The position numbers were made by a program, and so were the translations under genes. Positions 18,392 through 28,434 of a DNA stretch of 64,000 bases are shown piece by piece; position 1 is the stretch's first letter; every line of letters begins with the position of its first letter. A model generated the notes under the pieces. That model worked only from the letters and a program-made list of their open reading frames with translations. It was not told where the DNA came from and did no database searches. This DNA is from Gammaproteobacteria bacterium (GTDB lineage Bacteria; Pseudomonadota; Gammaproteobacteria; Ga0077536): the NCBI GenBank assembly GCA_965278995.1, contig OZ257136.1:2940553-3004552 (forward strand), in the 5' to 3' direction.

Positions 18392-20562
18392 AACGAAAAC
18401 TCGATCGTACCGACGATGCTACGTGGCGTGGCAGGCTGTACCGTGCCTGCGGTACCTGTCGTGTAGTAATACTCCTTGTCGAGCAGATTTCTCGCATTGA
18501 GTTGGGCGCGCCACTTCGATCGCGCGTAGTACAGCACTGCATCGGTCTGCACATAGCCGCCGAGCTTACCGACATTGCCATTGTCGATTTCGACTTCGCT
18601 TGCCATGAACACGCCGCCGCCGAACCCGAAACCAGTCAGCGGGCCGCGCTGCAGTTCATAAGTGGAAAACACGCCACCGGCATGCTCCGGCACGCCGTAA
18701 CGACGATTGCCGGTATTCGCTCCGCTCGGATCGTCAACGACCCGCGCATCGACGAAGGCGTAGTTGGCCGAGACCTTCCAGCCCGGCATCGGCTCACCGC
18801 TGAGATCGAACTCGAGGCCGCGGCTGCGTTCGGCGCCGGCGTTGATCGAAAACAAAGGATTGTTGGGGTCAGTGCCGGAAACATCTGTCTTTCGGATATG
18901 AAATGCTGCTGCCGTCGCCGTGAGACGACCCCCAAGCAGTTCCGACTTGACCCCGGCTTCCCATTGCCGCGCCTGCTCCGGATCCAGCGGTTCGCCGTTG
19001 GCCGTGGCGAGTTCGAAACTCCGAAAAGCGTTCGTCGACTCGGTGTAATTGCCGTACACGGACACCTGTTCCAACGGCTTCAGCACCAAGCCGACAGTGG
19101 GGTTGGACATGAAAGGATCTTGTTCGTTATCAGAGTTCGTGAACGGCAATCCTGGATCATAGGTGATGGCCTGTTGCGCATCGAACCATTCGAATCGCGC
19201 ACCGACGGTCAGGTAGACCCGATCATGGAGATCGATGCGATCGAGTACGAGCAGCGAATCCGCGTCGGCGTCGATTGCGCTCTGCTCGCGGAAGTTGATC
19301 GGAAAGCCCGGGAACGGCACCAGAGGGAACGGCTGATAACCCAGGTACTGGGGGTTGAATGCGTTGAGCCCGGCGTGGCCACCGAGAAATCGTACGCGAT
19401 CGTCGGTCTCGTTCTCATGCTCGAATGCGAGCAGCAGCTGATTGTCGAACGCGAAGGCCGTGCCGGCAAACAGCGACAAATCGATAGTGTGCTCAAGCCG
19501 AATGTTGGAGTTCTCATCTTCATAGTCGCTGATGGCGACGCTGCGAGCGACATCGCCCGTCAACGGATTGAAAGTCGGGCCAGCGAAGTTGAACAGGATG
19601 AAATAAGCGCCGTTGGTATCGGCTCGCCGCCCGTGCAGGCTGACTCGCGAGCGCTGCTGCTCGTTCCAGCGATGATCCAGTTCGAGCAGGCCACGCCAGG
19701 TCTGATTGGTGAACTCGGTCACTCCTGGCTCGCCGAAGTAACGCCCGTAAGGAATGCCTTTCAGCGGGCGACCGTTGACGACCGGAATTCCGGGATTCGT
19801 TGAACGTTCATCGTCGACGAATTCGCCGCGCGCAAGCAGCGTCGTGGTCGGCGTTATTTGCAGCAGGGCAGCCGGAGCAGCCGCGTACCGCTCGCCCTCG
19901 ACGAAATCGATAAACGAATCAGCGCGATCGTAGGCAGCATCGAAACGCAGCGCGAGTTTGTCCGGCACGGCGTTCCAATTGCCGTGCACGGCCGTGCGAT
20001 AAGAGTCGAAGCTGCCGGCGCGCTGCTGAACGCTGAACGCATTGGCGAAGTCCGGACGGCGCGTTACGTAATTCACTCGCCCGCCAGGTTCGCCGCGGCC
20101 GGACAGAATGGCTGTCGGTCCTTTGACGACCTCGATTTTCTCGATGTTGGTCATATCCGTCGGCCCGGTCGCGTTGATGCCGCCGTTACTGACTTCGCCA
20201 GCACGAAAGCCGTCTTTCACGATTTCGCTTTGCACGAAGCCGCGCAGAATGAAGTTCTCGCCAGAGCCGGTGAACGAGGAGGAACGGACAGCGCCACTCA
20301 CATTGACCAGGACGTCCTGCGGATCGTTAATCCCCTGCAGCTCGAGCGTTTCAAGATCCACCACGCGGACCGAGCTCGGCGTATCGAGCAGAGGCGCGGC
20401 CAATCGCAACGTACTGGTGTCCTGCCGATACTGGCCAAGCACGAGAATTCTCTCGGTGCCGAGAGGCGCGGCGAAAACCGGGGCGACAGCGAGCGTACAC
20501 AGAACGGCGCCGACTGACCCCTTCTCAATGCGAGTCAGGCGGCGGAATGGCACAGAATGCAT
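18388..20562 (-). CDS. TonB-dependent siderophore receptor
   Basis: 724 aa with signal peptide, TonB box region, plug and beta-barrel, and a C-terminal aromatic residue (…TIEFSF). Confidence 0.85.
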   Translation of the reverse strand: MHSVPFRRLTRIEKGSVGAVLCTLAVAPVFAAPLGTERILVLGQYRQDTSTLRLAAPLLDTPSSVRVVDLETLELQGINDPQDVLVNVSGAVRSSSFTGSGENFILRGFVQSEIVKDGFRAGEVSNGGINATGPTDMTNIEKIEVVKGPTAILSGRGEPGGRVNYVTRRPDFANAFSVQQRAGSFDSYRTAVHGNWNAVPDKLALRFDAAYDRADSFIDFVEGERYAAAPAALLQITPTTTLLARGEFVDDERSTNPGIPVVNGRPLKGIPYGRYFGEPGVTEFTNQTWRGLLELDHRWNEQQRSRVSLHGRRADTNGAYFILFNFAGPTFNPLTGDVARSVAISDYEDENSNIRLEHTIDLSLFAGTAFAFDNQLLLAFEHENETDDRVRFLGGHAGLNAFNPQYLGYQPFPLVPFPGFPINFREQSAIDADADSLLVLDRIDLHDRVYLTVGARFEWFDAQQAITYDPGLPFTNSDNEQDPFMSNPTVGLVLKPLEQVSVYGNYTESTNAFRSFELATANGEPLDPEQARQWEAGVKSELLGGRLTATAAAFHIRKTDVSGTDPNNPLFSINAGAERSRGLEFDLSGEPMPGWKVSANYAFVDARVVDDPSGANTGNRRYGVPEHAGGVFSTYELQRGPLTGFGFGGGVFMASEVEIDNGNVGKLGGYVQTDAVLYYARSKWRAQLNARNLLDKEYYYTTGTAGTVQPATPRSIVGTIEFSF

Positions 20563-20823
20563 TGAATTCGATCCTGAGAATGTTGACTGTAACGGTGCGC
20601 GCTGGTCGACCGTTCAGGATTGCTCCCGGACAAATGCCGCGCTGCACATCGAGCGCGCGATATTAACTGTAAATAGTAATGCTTCTCAAGATCGGAAAAA
20701 CTCGTATTAATATGCTGATTGTATTATTGTTCGCTTGGCGGTGTCCCGGCTGAAAATCGCCGTTAGCCGGGCTCTTGCACTCCGCATTATGATGCGCGCT
20801 CACCTGGCACCAACGGCACCGCT
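20563..20823. promoter_or_regulatory. AT-rich divergent intergenic region between the TonB receptor operon and the CoA-transferase gene (likely promoters)
   Basis: Locally low GC (TATTAACTGTAAATAGTAATG...GTATTAATATGCTGATTGTATTATTG). No convincing Fur-box match found by eye. Confidence 0.3.
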
Positions 20824-22032
20824 ATGCACCAATCCACAGGCAGCGCACCGGCGCGCGCGCCCCGCGTCCTTGACGACGTCCGCGTCCTCGATTTTTCCGC
20901 GATCATCGCCGGGTCCTACTGCACGCGACTGATGGCAGATCTCGGCGCAGACGTGCTCAAAATCGAGCCGCCAGGCGGCGAACTCATGCGCCAGGTTGCG
21001 CCACTGCGCGGCGACACTAGTACGGTATTCAGCTCGCTGAACAGCGGCAAGCGCAGCCTGACGCTCGACCTCAAGCACCCGCAGGCAGTCGCTATCTGCA
21101 AGCGCCTGGTCGAGCATTACGATGTCGTGGTCGAGAATTTCAGCCCCGGTGTCATGCGCCGACTCGGTCTCGACTATGAGACGCTCTGCGCGATTCAACC
21201 GCGTCTCGTCATGTGTTCGATCTCCGGCTACGGTCAAAGCGGTCCGGACACCGCGAGGCCGGCTTACGCACCGATAGTGCAGGCCATGAGCGGCTACGAA
21301 TACGTCATGCTGCAAAATCAACCCGGTCTCGCTCAACCGCTCAATATGGGGCCGCCGGTCGGCGATACGACTGCTTCGCTGCAGGCTTTCGGTGCACTCA
21401 CCGCAGCGCTCTACTATCGCGCCCGTACCGGCATCGGCCAGTACATCGATATCGCCATGCAGGACAGCCTGCTCTCGACGATGCATCGGGATTTCCAGAC
21501 CGCGTTCAACAGCGATCCGCACGAACGGATCTATGGCCCGGTCAGAGCAAGCGACGGGTTCGTCATATTGATGCCGCTGTCCCAGGGGCAATTTGAGGGT
21601 CTGTTGGCCTGTGTCGGGCGGCCGGAGCTGAAGGACGATCCGCGCTTCATCAATATGCGTGTACGATTCAATCACTACAACGATCTGATTGCTGTAGCTG
21701 AGGCTTGGACGCAAACACTCAGCAGCGCCGAAGTGCTGCGCGCGCTGGAGTCAGCTCATGTCCCCTGCGCGCGCTACCGGCACTTGTCCGAACTCATCGA
21801 CGATCCGCAATTGCGCCACCGCGGCATGCTGACCGAAGTCGTCGATGCGGCCGGTCCGCTGGGCGTGTTGAACACGCCGATACACTACTCGGCCAGCGTA
21901 GCGGCCGTACAACCGAACGTGGCGAAGCTCGGCGAGCATTCGCGTCAGGTGCTGATCGACGAACTGGGTTTCGATGTAGCGGGTGTTGCTGAACTGGAAC
22001 GCAGCGGGGCCGTTGGTATCGTTGCGTCTTAG
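20824..22032 (+). CDS. CoA-transferase family III (CaiB/BaiF) protein
   Basis: N-terminus LDDVRVLDFSAIIAGSYCTRLMADLGADVLKIEPPGG matches the family III signature. Confidence 0.8.
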   Translation: MHQSTGSAPARAPRVLDDVRVLDFSAIIAGSYCTRLMADLGADVLKIEPPGGELMRQVAPLRGDTSTVFSSLNSGKRSLTLDLKHPQAVAICKRLVEHYDVVVENFSPGVMRRLGLDYETLCAIQPRLVMCSISGYGQSGPDTARPAYAPIVQAMSGYEYVMLQNQPGLAQPLNMGPPVGDTTASLQAFGALTAALYYRARTGIGQYIDIAMQDSLLSTMHRDFQTAFNSDPHERIYGPVRASDGFVILMPLSQGQFEGLLACVGRPELKDDPRFINMRVRFNHYNDLIAVAEAWTQTLSSAEVLRALESAHVPCARYRHLSELIDDPQLRHRGMLTEVVDAAGPLGVLNTPIHYSASVAAVQPNVAKLGEHSRQVLIDELGFDVAGVAELERSGAVGIVAS

Positions 22033-22105
22033 CGGTGCGACTGCCGTTGCGTATGCGCCTCTGCCGGCAATCTGCCAGTACCTTACCAACCTGTTGAGGA
22101 TATCC

Positions 22106-22852
22106 ATGTCTGTATCAAGCCTGGTCCGACTGCTGTTGCCGACAGCAATCGTTTTCGTCAACGTAGTCGTGGTCGGTTGCGTGATGGACAGCAGCAAGGC
22201 GCGCGTGACTTCCGAATATGCCGTGAGCGTCAAGAACGTCGGCGTAATGTCGCTGCTCGACCCGACACCGAATCTGAGCTACCTGCGCGCGTCCGCGCAG
22301 GAGAGCCATTTCGCCGAACTCGGCGTTCTCGGCTGGAATGCTGATGCATTGGCTCTGGACGCACTGCAAGGTCGACTTCAGCGCAAAGGTTTCAACGTTG
22401 TGGCAGTCACGCCGGACACGCGCGTTCGCGAGGCCTATGGTACGGATTGGGGTTTCCCGGCGAGTGAACCGCTGCACACTGCGCTCTATGATCTTGGCCA
22501 GTCTTTGAACCTCGATATGATCGTAGTCGTCTGTCGACAGATCAATGCGGACCTCGTCACCGGGACGAATCAGAACATTCGCGGTTACGGCTTACAGCGG
22601 GCCTTTGATACCGGTCCTTACGCCTACGCCACAGTTTTCGTCGAAGCGCTCGACGTTCGCAAACGCTTCGCTGTCGGCGGTGCAACCGGCGAACAGCATG
22701 CCGCCATCGCGCCCGAACTCTGGCAGGTTGAATTCGAATCTGGTCGCGGCCTGCTGTCGGTGAAATCGACCAATCAGGTCGCCGTCCACGATACGCTCGA
22801 GAAGCTGCTCACTTCTGCCATTGGTATCGCCATCCAGGAAGCCGGCTTATAG
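22106..22852 (+). CDS. hypothetical lipoprotein
   Basis: Start at Met42 of ORF 21983..22852. Signal peptide with lipobox VVGC. No recognisable domain. Confidence 0.4.
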   Translation: MSVSSLVRLLLPTAIVFVNVVVVGCVMDSSKARVTSEYAVSVKNVGVMSLLDPTPNLSYLRASAQESHFAELGVLGWNADALALDALQGRLQRKGFNVVAVTPDTRVREAYGTDWGFPASEPLHTALYDLGQSLNLDMIVVVCRQINADLVTGTNQNIRGYGLQRAFDTGPYAYATVFVEALDVRKRFAVGGATGEQHAAIAPELWQVEFESGRGLLSVKSTNQVAVHDTLEKLLTSAIGIAIQEAGL

Positions 22853-22873
22853 CAGTTGATGTTCGCCAGCCTG

Positions 22874-23917
22874 TTAATCGGTCGCGAATCCGCTGAAACG
22901 CGCTGGCAGGCGCTGGATATCAGTAATCAGATCGGGAGGCAGATCCGCTTGCCAGTCGCTGTTGGTACTGGCGAACAGCGTATCGACGAAACCGCCGAAG
23001 TGTGCCTCGATACGCGCGCATATTTCGTCATAGGTACCGATGGCGGCACATAGATGCAACAGTTCATCGGGAATCTGCGCAGCCAGTCGATCCCACGCGC
23101 CTTCCTTGGTCATGCGATTCAATTTGCGCCCGAGATCGCCGTAGCCATGCGCCTCGAGTACCGGCCAATACGCTGGCGTCGAACCGTAAAACGCAATGCG
23201 ATAGCGGACCCATTCGGCGCGCGCCTGTACGTCATCGCTGGTTCTGCCGGTCGCGATGAAGCCGCCACCGGATATTTCGAATTGATGGCGAGCGCGCCCC
23301 GAGATGGCGAAACCGCGTTCGAGCTGCGGCAATACCGTATTCGTCATGTAGTTGCGCGTGCAGAACGGATGCAGCCGAACACCGTCAGCCACTTCAGCAG
23401 CAATTTTAACCATACCCGGACCGACAGCGGCGACCGTGACCGGTGGCAGCGGCAAGCCGGACCCTGCAGGAACGAAATTCGGCGTCATCAACGTGAAGCG
23501 ATAGTGCTCACCTTCGTAACGCAAGGGATCATCAAATTTCCAGGTGCGCCAGATCGCGCGCAGCGCCTGAACATATTCCCGCATGCGTGGCGCAGGCGCG
23601 CTCCACGGCACGCTGAAGCGCTTCTCATTGTGTGCTTTGATTTGCGTGCCGAGGCCCAGCGCAAAACGTCCACCCGACGCTTCCTGCAGATCCCAGCCGA
23701 TCATTGCCGCTGACATCGGCGAACGCAGAAACGCAATGGCTATACCGGTACTGAGTTCGACGCGCTCGGTGGCAGTGGCAGCGATGGCCAGCGGCAAGAA
23801 CGGATCGTGCTGATTTTCCAGCGTTACGATACCGTCATAGCCGGATGCTTCGATGGCAGCCGCTGCGGCCCCGACGTCGCGCAGCTTGTTCTGTGGAATG
23901 GTGGCGATGATGCGCAT
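22874..23917 (-). CDS. LLM-class (luciferase-like) flavin/F420-dependent oxidoreductase
   Basis: Start at Met22 (MRIIATIPQNKLRDVGAAAAAIEASGYDGIVTLENQHDPFLPLA...). TIM-barrel LLM signature. Confidence 0.75.
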   Translation of the reverse strand: MRIIATIPQNKLRDVGAAAAAIEASGYDGIVTLENQHDPFLPLAIAATATERVELSTGIAIAFLRSPMSAAMIGWDLQEASGGRFALGLGTQIKAHNEKRFSVPWSAPAPRMREYVQALRAIWRTWKFDDPLRYEGEHYRFTLMTPNFVPAGSGLPLPPVTVAAVGPGMVKIAAEVADGVRLHPFCTRNYMTNTVLPQLERGFAISGRARHQFEISGGGFIATGRTSDDVQARAEWVRYRIAFYGSTPAYWPVLEAHGYGDLGRKLNRMTKEGAWDRLAAQIPDELLHLCAAIGTYDEICARIEAHFGGFVDTLFASTNSDWQADLPPDLITDIQRLPARFSGFATD

Positions 23918-24440
23918 GTGTGGTCCTGGTGCTCGAATGCATTGCGAGTTTGGCCATATCGTACAACGTCGAGGTCGCATGTTTGATCGACCATTAACAG
24001 GCTGTTAAACAATCTGACGCGTCGTAGGACTTGCCGAGTGTATTGCCGGTGTTGCTATAATTCGCCCCTTATTCAGTTCATCGCGGAGCGATTGCACACC
24101 CGAAAAATCCATCCAAGTACGCTCGACAATACGTTGGCAAAAAACCAGACCCGGTGGCAGATGTGCAGGGGTGCTAGACCAAGCCATACGCGATTCAACC
24201 GCTGGACCACGTTCGCTGGTCGACAGTGACTCGTGCCTGTGCGCCGTAAGGCGATGACCACATCTCCCATCTGTTCTGGCTCGACTGCAGGCCCTCGGTT
24301 TGCGGTACAGGCGCGTGCTTGCCACTCGTAAACCAACCTGCGACTTGCGGATGTCGGCCAGCAACCGGGCCATTGAGTTTCGCCGGAAACGCGACAGGCG
24401 TATGAACACGATTTATCAACGTCGTTAAGGAGATTTCGCC

Positions 24441-25082
24441 ATGGCTTTGACTCAAGTTGCCATTGATTACCTGGATTTCGATGCCGCAGTCGCGCTGGCC
24501 GAGTTGGTGGCGCCGTACGTGGACATCCTCGAAATCGGCACGCCGTGCATCAAGCACAACGGTATCGGTCTGCTGAAGGAGCTGCGCAAACGCTTCCCAA
24601 ACAATCAGATCCTGGTCGATCTGAAGACCATGGATGCCGGGGAGTACGAGCTGTCGCCGTTCTACGCCGCGGGCGCCGATATCTGCACCGTGCTCGGCAC
24701 CGCCGACATCGGCACCATCAAGGGCGCCATCAAAGCCGCGACCCTGTTCGGTAAGCGCTGCCAGGTCGATCTCATCAACGTGCCGGACAAGCTCGCACGA
24801 ACCCGCGAAGTCGCCGACCTCGGTGCGCACATCATCGGCGTGCATACCGGTCTCGATCAGCAGGCATCCGGGCAGACGCCGTTCGCGGATCTCGCCCTCA
24901 TCCGCAGTCTTGGACTCGATATCACCATCTCAGTTGCTGGGGGCATCAAGCAGGAAACCGTAAGCCGTGCACTCGAGGCCGGCGCCGGCATCATCGTGGC
25001 AGGGGCAGCCATATATGCGGCGACGGATCCGGCCAACGCCGCTGAAGCGATCAGCAGTGCCGCACGCGATTATGTGCACTGA
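24441..25082 (+). CDS. hxlA: 3-hexulose-6-phosphate synthase
   Basis: AAGGAG Shine-Dalgarno. Sequence MALTQVAIDYLDFDAAVALA...ILEIGTPCIKHNGIGLL...LVDLKTMDAGEYE is typical of HPS (OMPDC superfamily). Confidence 0.85.
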   Translation: MALTQVAIDYLDFDAAVALAELVAPYVDILEIGTPCIKHNGIGLLKELRKRFPNNQILVDLKTMDAGEYELSPFYAAGADICTVLGTADIGTIKGAIKAATLFGKRCQVDLINVPDKLARTREVADLGAHIIGVHTGLDQQASGQTPFADLALIRSLGLDITISVAGGIKQETVSRALEAGAGIIVAGAAIYAATDPANAAEAISSAARDYVH

Positions 25083-25091
25083 TTCACTGCG

Positions 25092-25625
25092 ATGTCCTAT
25101 CGCGAGATCCTGAACAGCATCGAGTCCGTCCTCGCACACGCCGACGAACAGAACGTGCATCGCCTGGTGTCGACCGTCGACTCCGCGCCGCGTCTGTTCA
25201 TCGGCGGCGCCGGCCGCTCGGCGCTGGCTGCGCGCTTCTTCGCCATGCGCCTGATGCATTGCGGTTACACCGTGTACCTCGTCGGCGACGTCGTGACGCC
25301 GGCGCTCGCAGCCGATGATGTCCTGATCGTCCTGTCGGGCTCTGGCGCGACTGAATCATTGCTGACAATTGCGCGCAAGGCGCGTGCTGCCGGAGCGGGC
25401 GTCGTGCTGATCACGAGCCAGATCGAGTCGCCGCTGGCTGGTATCGCGAGTGACCTCATGTTGCTGGGAGCCGACGGCAGCGCGAGCTCGCGGCCTGGGA
25501 TGCCGATGGGCACCGTGTTCGAATTGTCCGCGCTGATTTTTCTCGAGGCGGCAATATTCCAGATAATCAACACTAAAGCGTTGACGGAGGACATGCTGCG
25601 CGCCCGTCACGCCAATCTCGAGTGA
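25092..25625 (+). CDS. hxlB: 6-phospho-3-hexuloisomerase (SIS domain)
   Basis: SIS fold (FIGGAGRSALAARFFAMRLMHCGYTVYLVGD...VLSGSGATES). Lies immediately after hxlA. Confidence 0.8.
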   Translation: MSYREILNSIESVLAHADEQNVHRLVSTVDSAPRLFIGGAGRSALAARFFAMRLMHCGYTVYLVGDVVTPALAADDVLIVLSGSGATESLLTIARKARAAGAGVVLITSQIESPLAGIASDLMLLGADGSASSRPGMPMGTVFELSALIFLEAAIFQIINTKALTEDMLRARHANLE

Positions 25626-25739
25626 GCCCGTCGGTTGCCGCAACGCAATAGAAAAGTCTTGCGCTGAAAGCATCGTGGAGTGGACTTCCCTGTCGAGCCT
25701 GTGGCTACAATGACGGTTACCCGATAGGAGGCTGAAAGC

Positions 25740-26579
25740 GTGAGCTATATAGATGCCATCGATAAAGTCGACGTGCCCAAACCGGCGCGTTATTACACGC
25801 CACCCGAATTCGAGACTGTCTTCGGCCTGCCGATAGCCTATCGCCGCCATGGCCCGAAGATGAGCAACGGCGAAGCCGTGGTGCTACTGCATGGCGCCGG
25901 TTTCACCCGCATGTGGATCCCGCTCTATCAGATGCTCGCCGAGCGGTGCGATTTCATCACGCCTGAGCAGCCTGGTTTCGGCGAAACGCCCATGCCGAAA
26001 TGGTTCCGGAATTTTGATGACCTGACCATCCTTTATGATCAGCTGTTCGACCAGCTGGGACTGGACCGTATTCACCTGATCGGTTTCTCGATGGGTGGTT
26101 GGGCCGCTGCCGAGTTCGCCTCGTTCTATCCCCGCCGGTTGAAGTCGTTGTCGTTGATTACCCCGGTCGGCTTGCGCCTTCTCGACAATCCAGGCGTCGA
26201 TATTTTCCAGCTCACCCCGCCGGAACTCATGGATCGCCTGTTCAAAGACAAGGGCGTGATGATGGAATTCCTGCCGGATCCAGAAAACTTCGATGAAGGT
26301 ATTCATCTCTATTCGGAATTCTCTGCGGCCGCCCGATTGATGTGGGCACCACGCTACAACCTCGCGCTGGAACGCCGACTGCAACGACTCAGCTGCCCGA
26401 CACTTGTCGTCGGCGGCGAAGAAGACCGGCTGGTTCCGAACGAAATGTCGGACCGCTACGCTGAGGTGTTACCGAACTGCCGACTTGTGCGCATTCCCGG
26501 TACCGGGCACGAACCATGCCTCGAACGCCCGCGCGAACTCGCCGACACGCTGCTCGGCTTCATCCAGGAGGCCAAGTGA
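25740..26579 (+). CDS. alpha/beta-hydrolase fold protein
   Basis: GTG start with AGGAGG 9 nt upstream. Nucleophile elbow GFSMGG, HG oxyanion motif (LLHGAG). Stop overlaps the downstream LLM start. Confidence 0.7.
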   Translation: MSYIDAIDKVDVPKPARYYTPPEFETVFGLPIAYRRHGPKMSNGEAVVLLHGAGFTRMWIPLYQMLAERCDFITPEQPGFGETPMPKWFRNFDDLTILYDQLFDQLGLDRIHLIGFSMGGWAAAEFASFYPRRLKSLSLITPVGLRLLDNPGVDIFQLTPPELMDRLFKDKGVMMEFLPDPENFDEGIHLYSEFSAAARLMWAPRYNLALERRLQRLSCPTLVVGGEEDRLVPNEMSDRYAEVLPNCRLVRIPGTGHEPCLERPRELADTLLGFIQEAK

Positions 26580-27949
26580 TGAACAAATTGCGTTTTTATT
26601 TCTTTCATCTGATGCCGTATCCGTTCATACCGCCGGCGGCGGAATTCGAATCGAGCTGGGTGTCGCTGTCGAACAAATATTACGATCCGCAGCGCGGTCG
26701 CATTCTTTACCAGGAATACATCGATCAGCTGGTGGCGGCCGAGCGCTATGGCTTCGACGGGGTTGGCGTCAACGAACACCATGCCAATTTCTACGGGACC
26801 ATGCCGTCGCCGAATATCATTGCAGCGATGCTGGTGCAACGCACCTCGCAGATCCCGATAGGCGTGATTGGCAATGCTATCCCACTGCATGGCAATCCGC
26901 TGCGCGTGGCCGAGGAAATTGCCATGCTCGATGTCATTTCGGGCGGACGCATCATTTCCGGATTCGTCCGTGGTATCGGCTGCGAATATTTCAACAATGG
27001 CGTGGTGCCGGGTGATTCCGTTGCGCGTTTTGACGAAGCACACGATCTTATCGTCAAGGCCTGGACTGATGACGGCCCGTTCACCTGGCAAGGCGAACAT
27101 TTCTACATTCCAAATGTGAATCCGATACCGCGCCCGATACAGGATCCGCATCCGCCGATCTGGATCCCGGGCCAGGGGTCGCTCGAAACCCTGCAGTTCG
27201 TTGCACGGCATCATTACACCTACATGATGGTGTTCGCGCCGCTGTGGTTCACCAAAATGGCCTTCAACGGACTTCGCGAGGAGTGCCGGCGCCTTGGTTA
27301 CGAAGCGCCGAAAAGCATGTTCAATGCCTGCGTGCCGACCTATGTTGCCGAAACGGATGAACAGGCGCATCGCGAAGCGAAAGCGCATCTCTCCTGGATC
27401 TTTAATACCGGCCTCAAGATTCCCGATCAGTTGTTCTTCCCGCCTGGCTACATGAGCACGAAGTCGTTTCGCAACTTCGTCGGTTCGCTCAAAGCCGGCA
27501 AGGTCAAACCGCAGCAGCAGCTTACCTATGACGAGTTGATCAAGGACCGCTACATCATTGTCGGCTCACCCGAGACCGTGAAAAATCAGCTCGGCGAATA
27601 CTGCGACGAAGTCGGCGCGGGCGGCATTCTTGCCGTCGGATCGTCCTACGGCCCGATGCCGAACTGGATGGTCACCAAGAACATGCAGATCTTCGCCGAG
27701 GAGGTCATGCCGGAATTCCGCGAGGCTGACGGCAAACCAGACTATCTGCGCCAGGAGCCGATGGCACCACGCACGCGTTCAGAGCTGGCGGCACAGAAAG
27801 GCCGGCCGCCGGAACCGGCGCGATCGCGCGTAACCGGGACCGAGCAACTGATTGACCACCGCGTCGCGCATCTCCCAGAAGTGATCGATACCAGCATGCG
27901 TGGGCACGCTTGGAACCAGGAAGAAGAACGACCGGCCTCAGCCGGTTGA
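26579..27949 (+). CDS. LLM-class flavin-dependent oxidoreductase
   Basis: Start at Met22 of ORF 26516..27949 (MNKLRFYFFHLMPYPF...GFDGVGVNEHHANFYG). Translationally coupled to the hydrolase gene. Confidence 0.75.
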   Translation: MNKLRFYFFHLMPYPFIPPAAEFESSWVSLSNKYYDPQRGRILYQEYIDQLVAAERYGFDGVGVNEHHANFYGTMPSPNIIAAMLVQRTSQIPIGVIGNAIPLHGNPLRVAEEIAMLDVISGGRIISGFVRGIGCEYFNNGVVPGDSVARFDEAHDLIVKAWTDDGPFTWQGEHFYIPNVNPIPRPIQDPHPPIWIPGQGSLETLQFVARHHYTYMMVFAPLWFTKMAFNGLREECRRLGYEAPKSMFNACVPTYVAETDEQAHREAKAHLSWIFNTGLKIPDQLFFPPGYMSTKSFRNFVGSLKAGKVKPQQQLTYDELIKDRYIIVGSPETVKNQLGEYCDEVGAGGILAVGSSYGPMPNWMVTKNMQIFAEEVMPEFREADGKPDYLRQEPMAPRTRSELAAQKGRPPEPARSRVTGTEQLIDHRVAHLPEVIDTSMRGHAWNQEEERPASAG

Positions 27950-27967
27950 GTCTCTGACGGCTGGCAC

Positions 27968-28001
27968 CCGTCCCTCGATTCCTGCCGGGATCGAGGGACG
28001 G
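27968..28001 (+). terminator. hairpin downstream of the LLM gene (12-bp perfect stem, 10-nt loop)
   Basis: CCGTCCCTCGAT-tcctgccggg-ATCGAGGGACGG begins 19 nt after the stop and is followed by ACTTTCACC. The U-tract is weak. Confidence 0.45.
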
Positions 28002-28434
28002 ACTTTCACCAGCGACCCGCGGATGGCGGCAGCCAGACGATACGCCAAGCGCGTCACAAAGCGCGCCGTCGCCATTCGCCCTGCCTACCGGTTCACATTT
28101 CTTTAAATATCGGGCTCGTAGTATCGGTCGCACTGGGCGGGCCGGCGGCAGCTGCGACGTATGGCCTCTCATCGAACGCTTTCCAACTCACTACCTCGGC
28201 CACTGTCCCGCCGAGCAAAACCACGACAACGACTTCGGTCTGAACCGATCGAGGTCGTCACGGCAAGGGGCGCTGGCAACTTGCTTTTGCCGCCGGAGTA
28301 GTCAACGCCGGCGGCTCTTCTAACGACAATTCTCTCCCCGGGGATGCCAAAACAGCACGGCTTCGTGAGACCATGCAGCAAGCATGCTTACAGCCCCCAT
28401 CAGTAGTCAGGTTTAATTCAGCACAGACAGCGCT

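Noticed and set aside
18352-19803. 483-aa ORF antisense to the TonB-dependent receptor
   Set aside because: Overlaps a conserved barrel gene on the other strand, with no recognisable motifs.
20563-20823. Fur box upstream of the TonB receptor operon
   Set aside because: Only weak partial matches to GATAATGATAATCATTATC by eye. Kept as an AT-rich promoter region only.
24005-24409. 134-aa ORF in the hxlA upstream region
   Set aside because: Extremely Arg-rich and low-complexity with no RBS context. Treated as non-coding promoter region.
28289-28315. GC hairpin GCCGCCGG-11nt-CCGGCGGC upstream of the kinase gene
   Set aside because: No U-tract and no clear associated gene end. Could be incidental GC-rich secondary structure.
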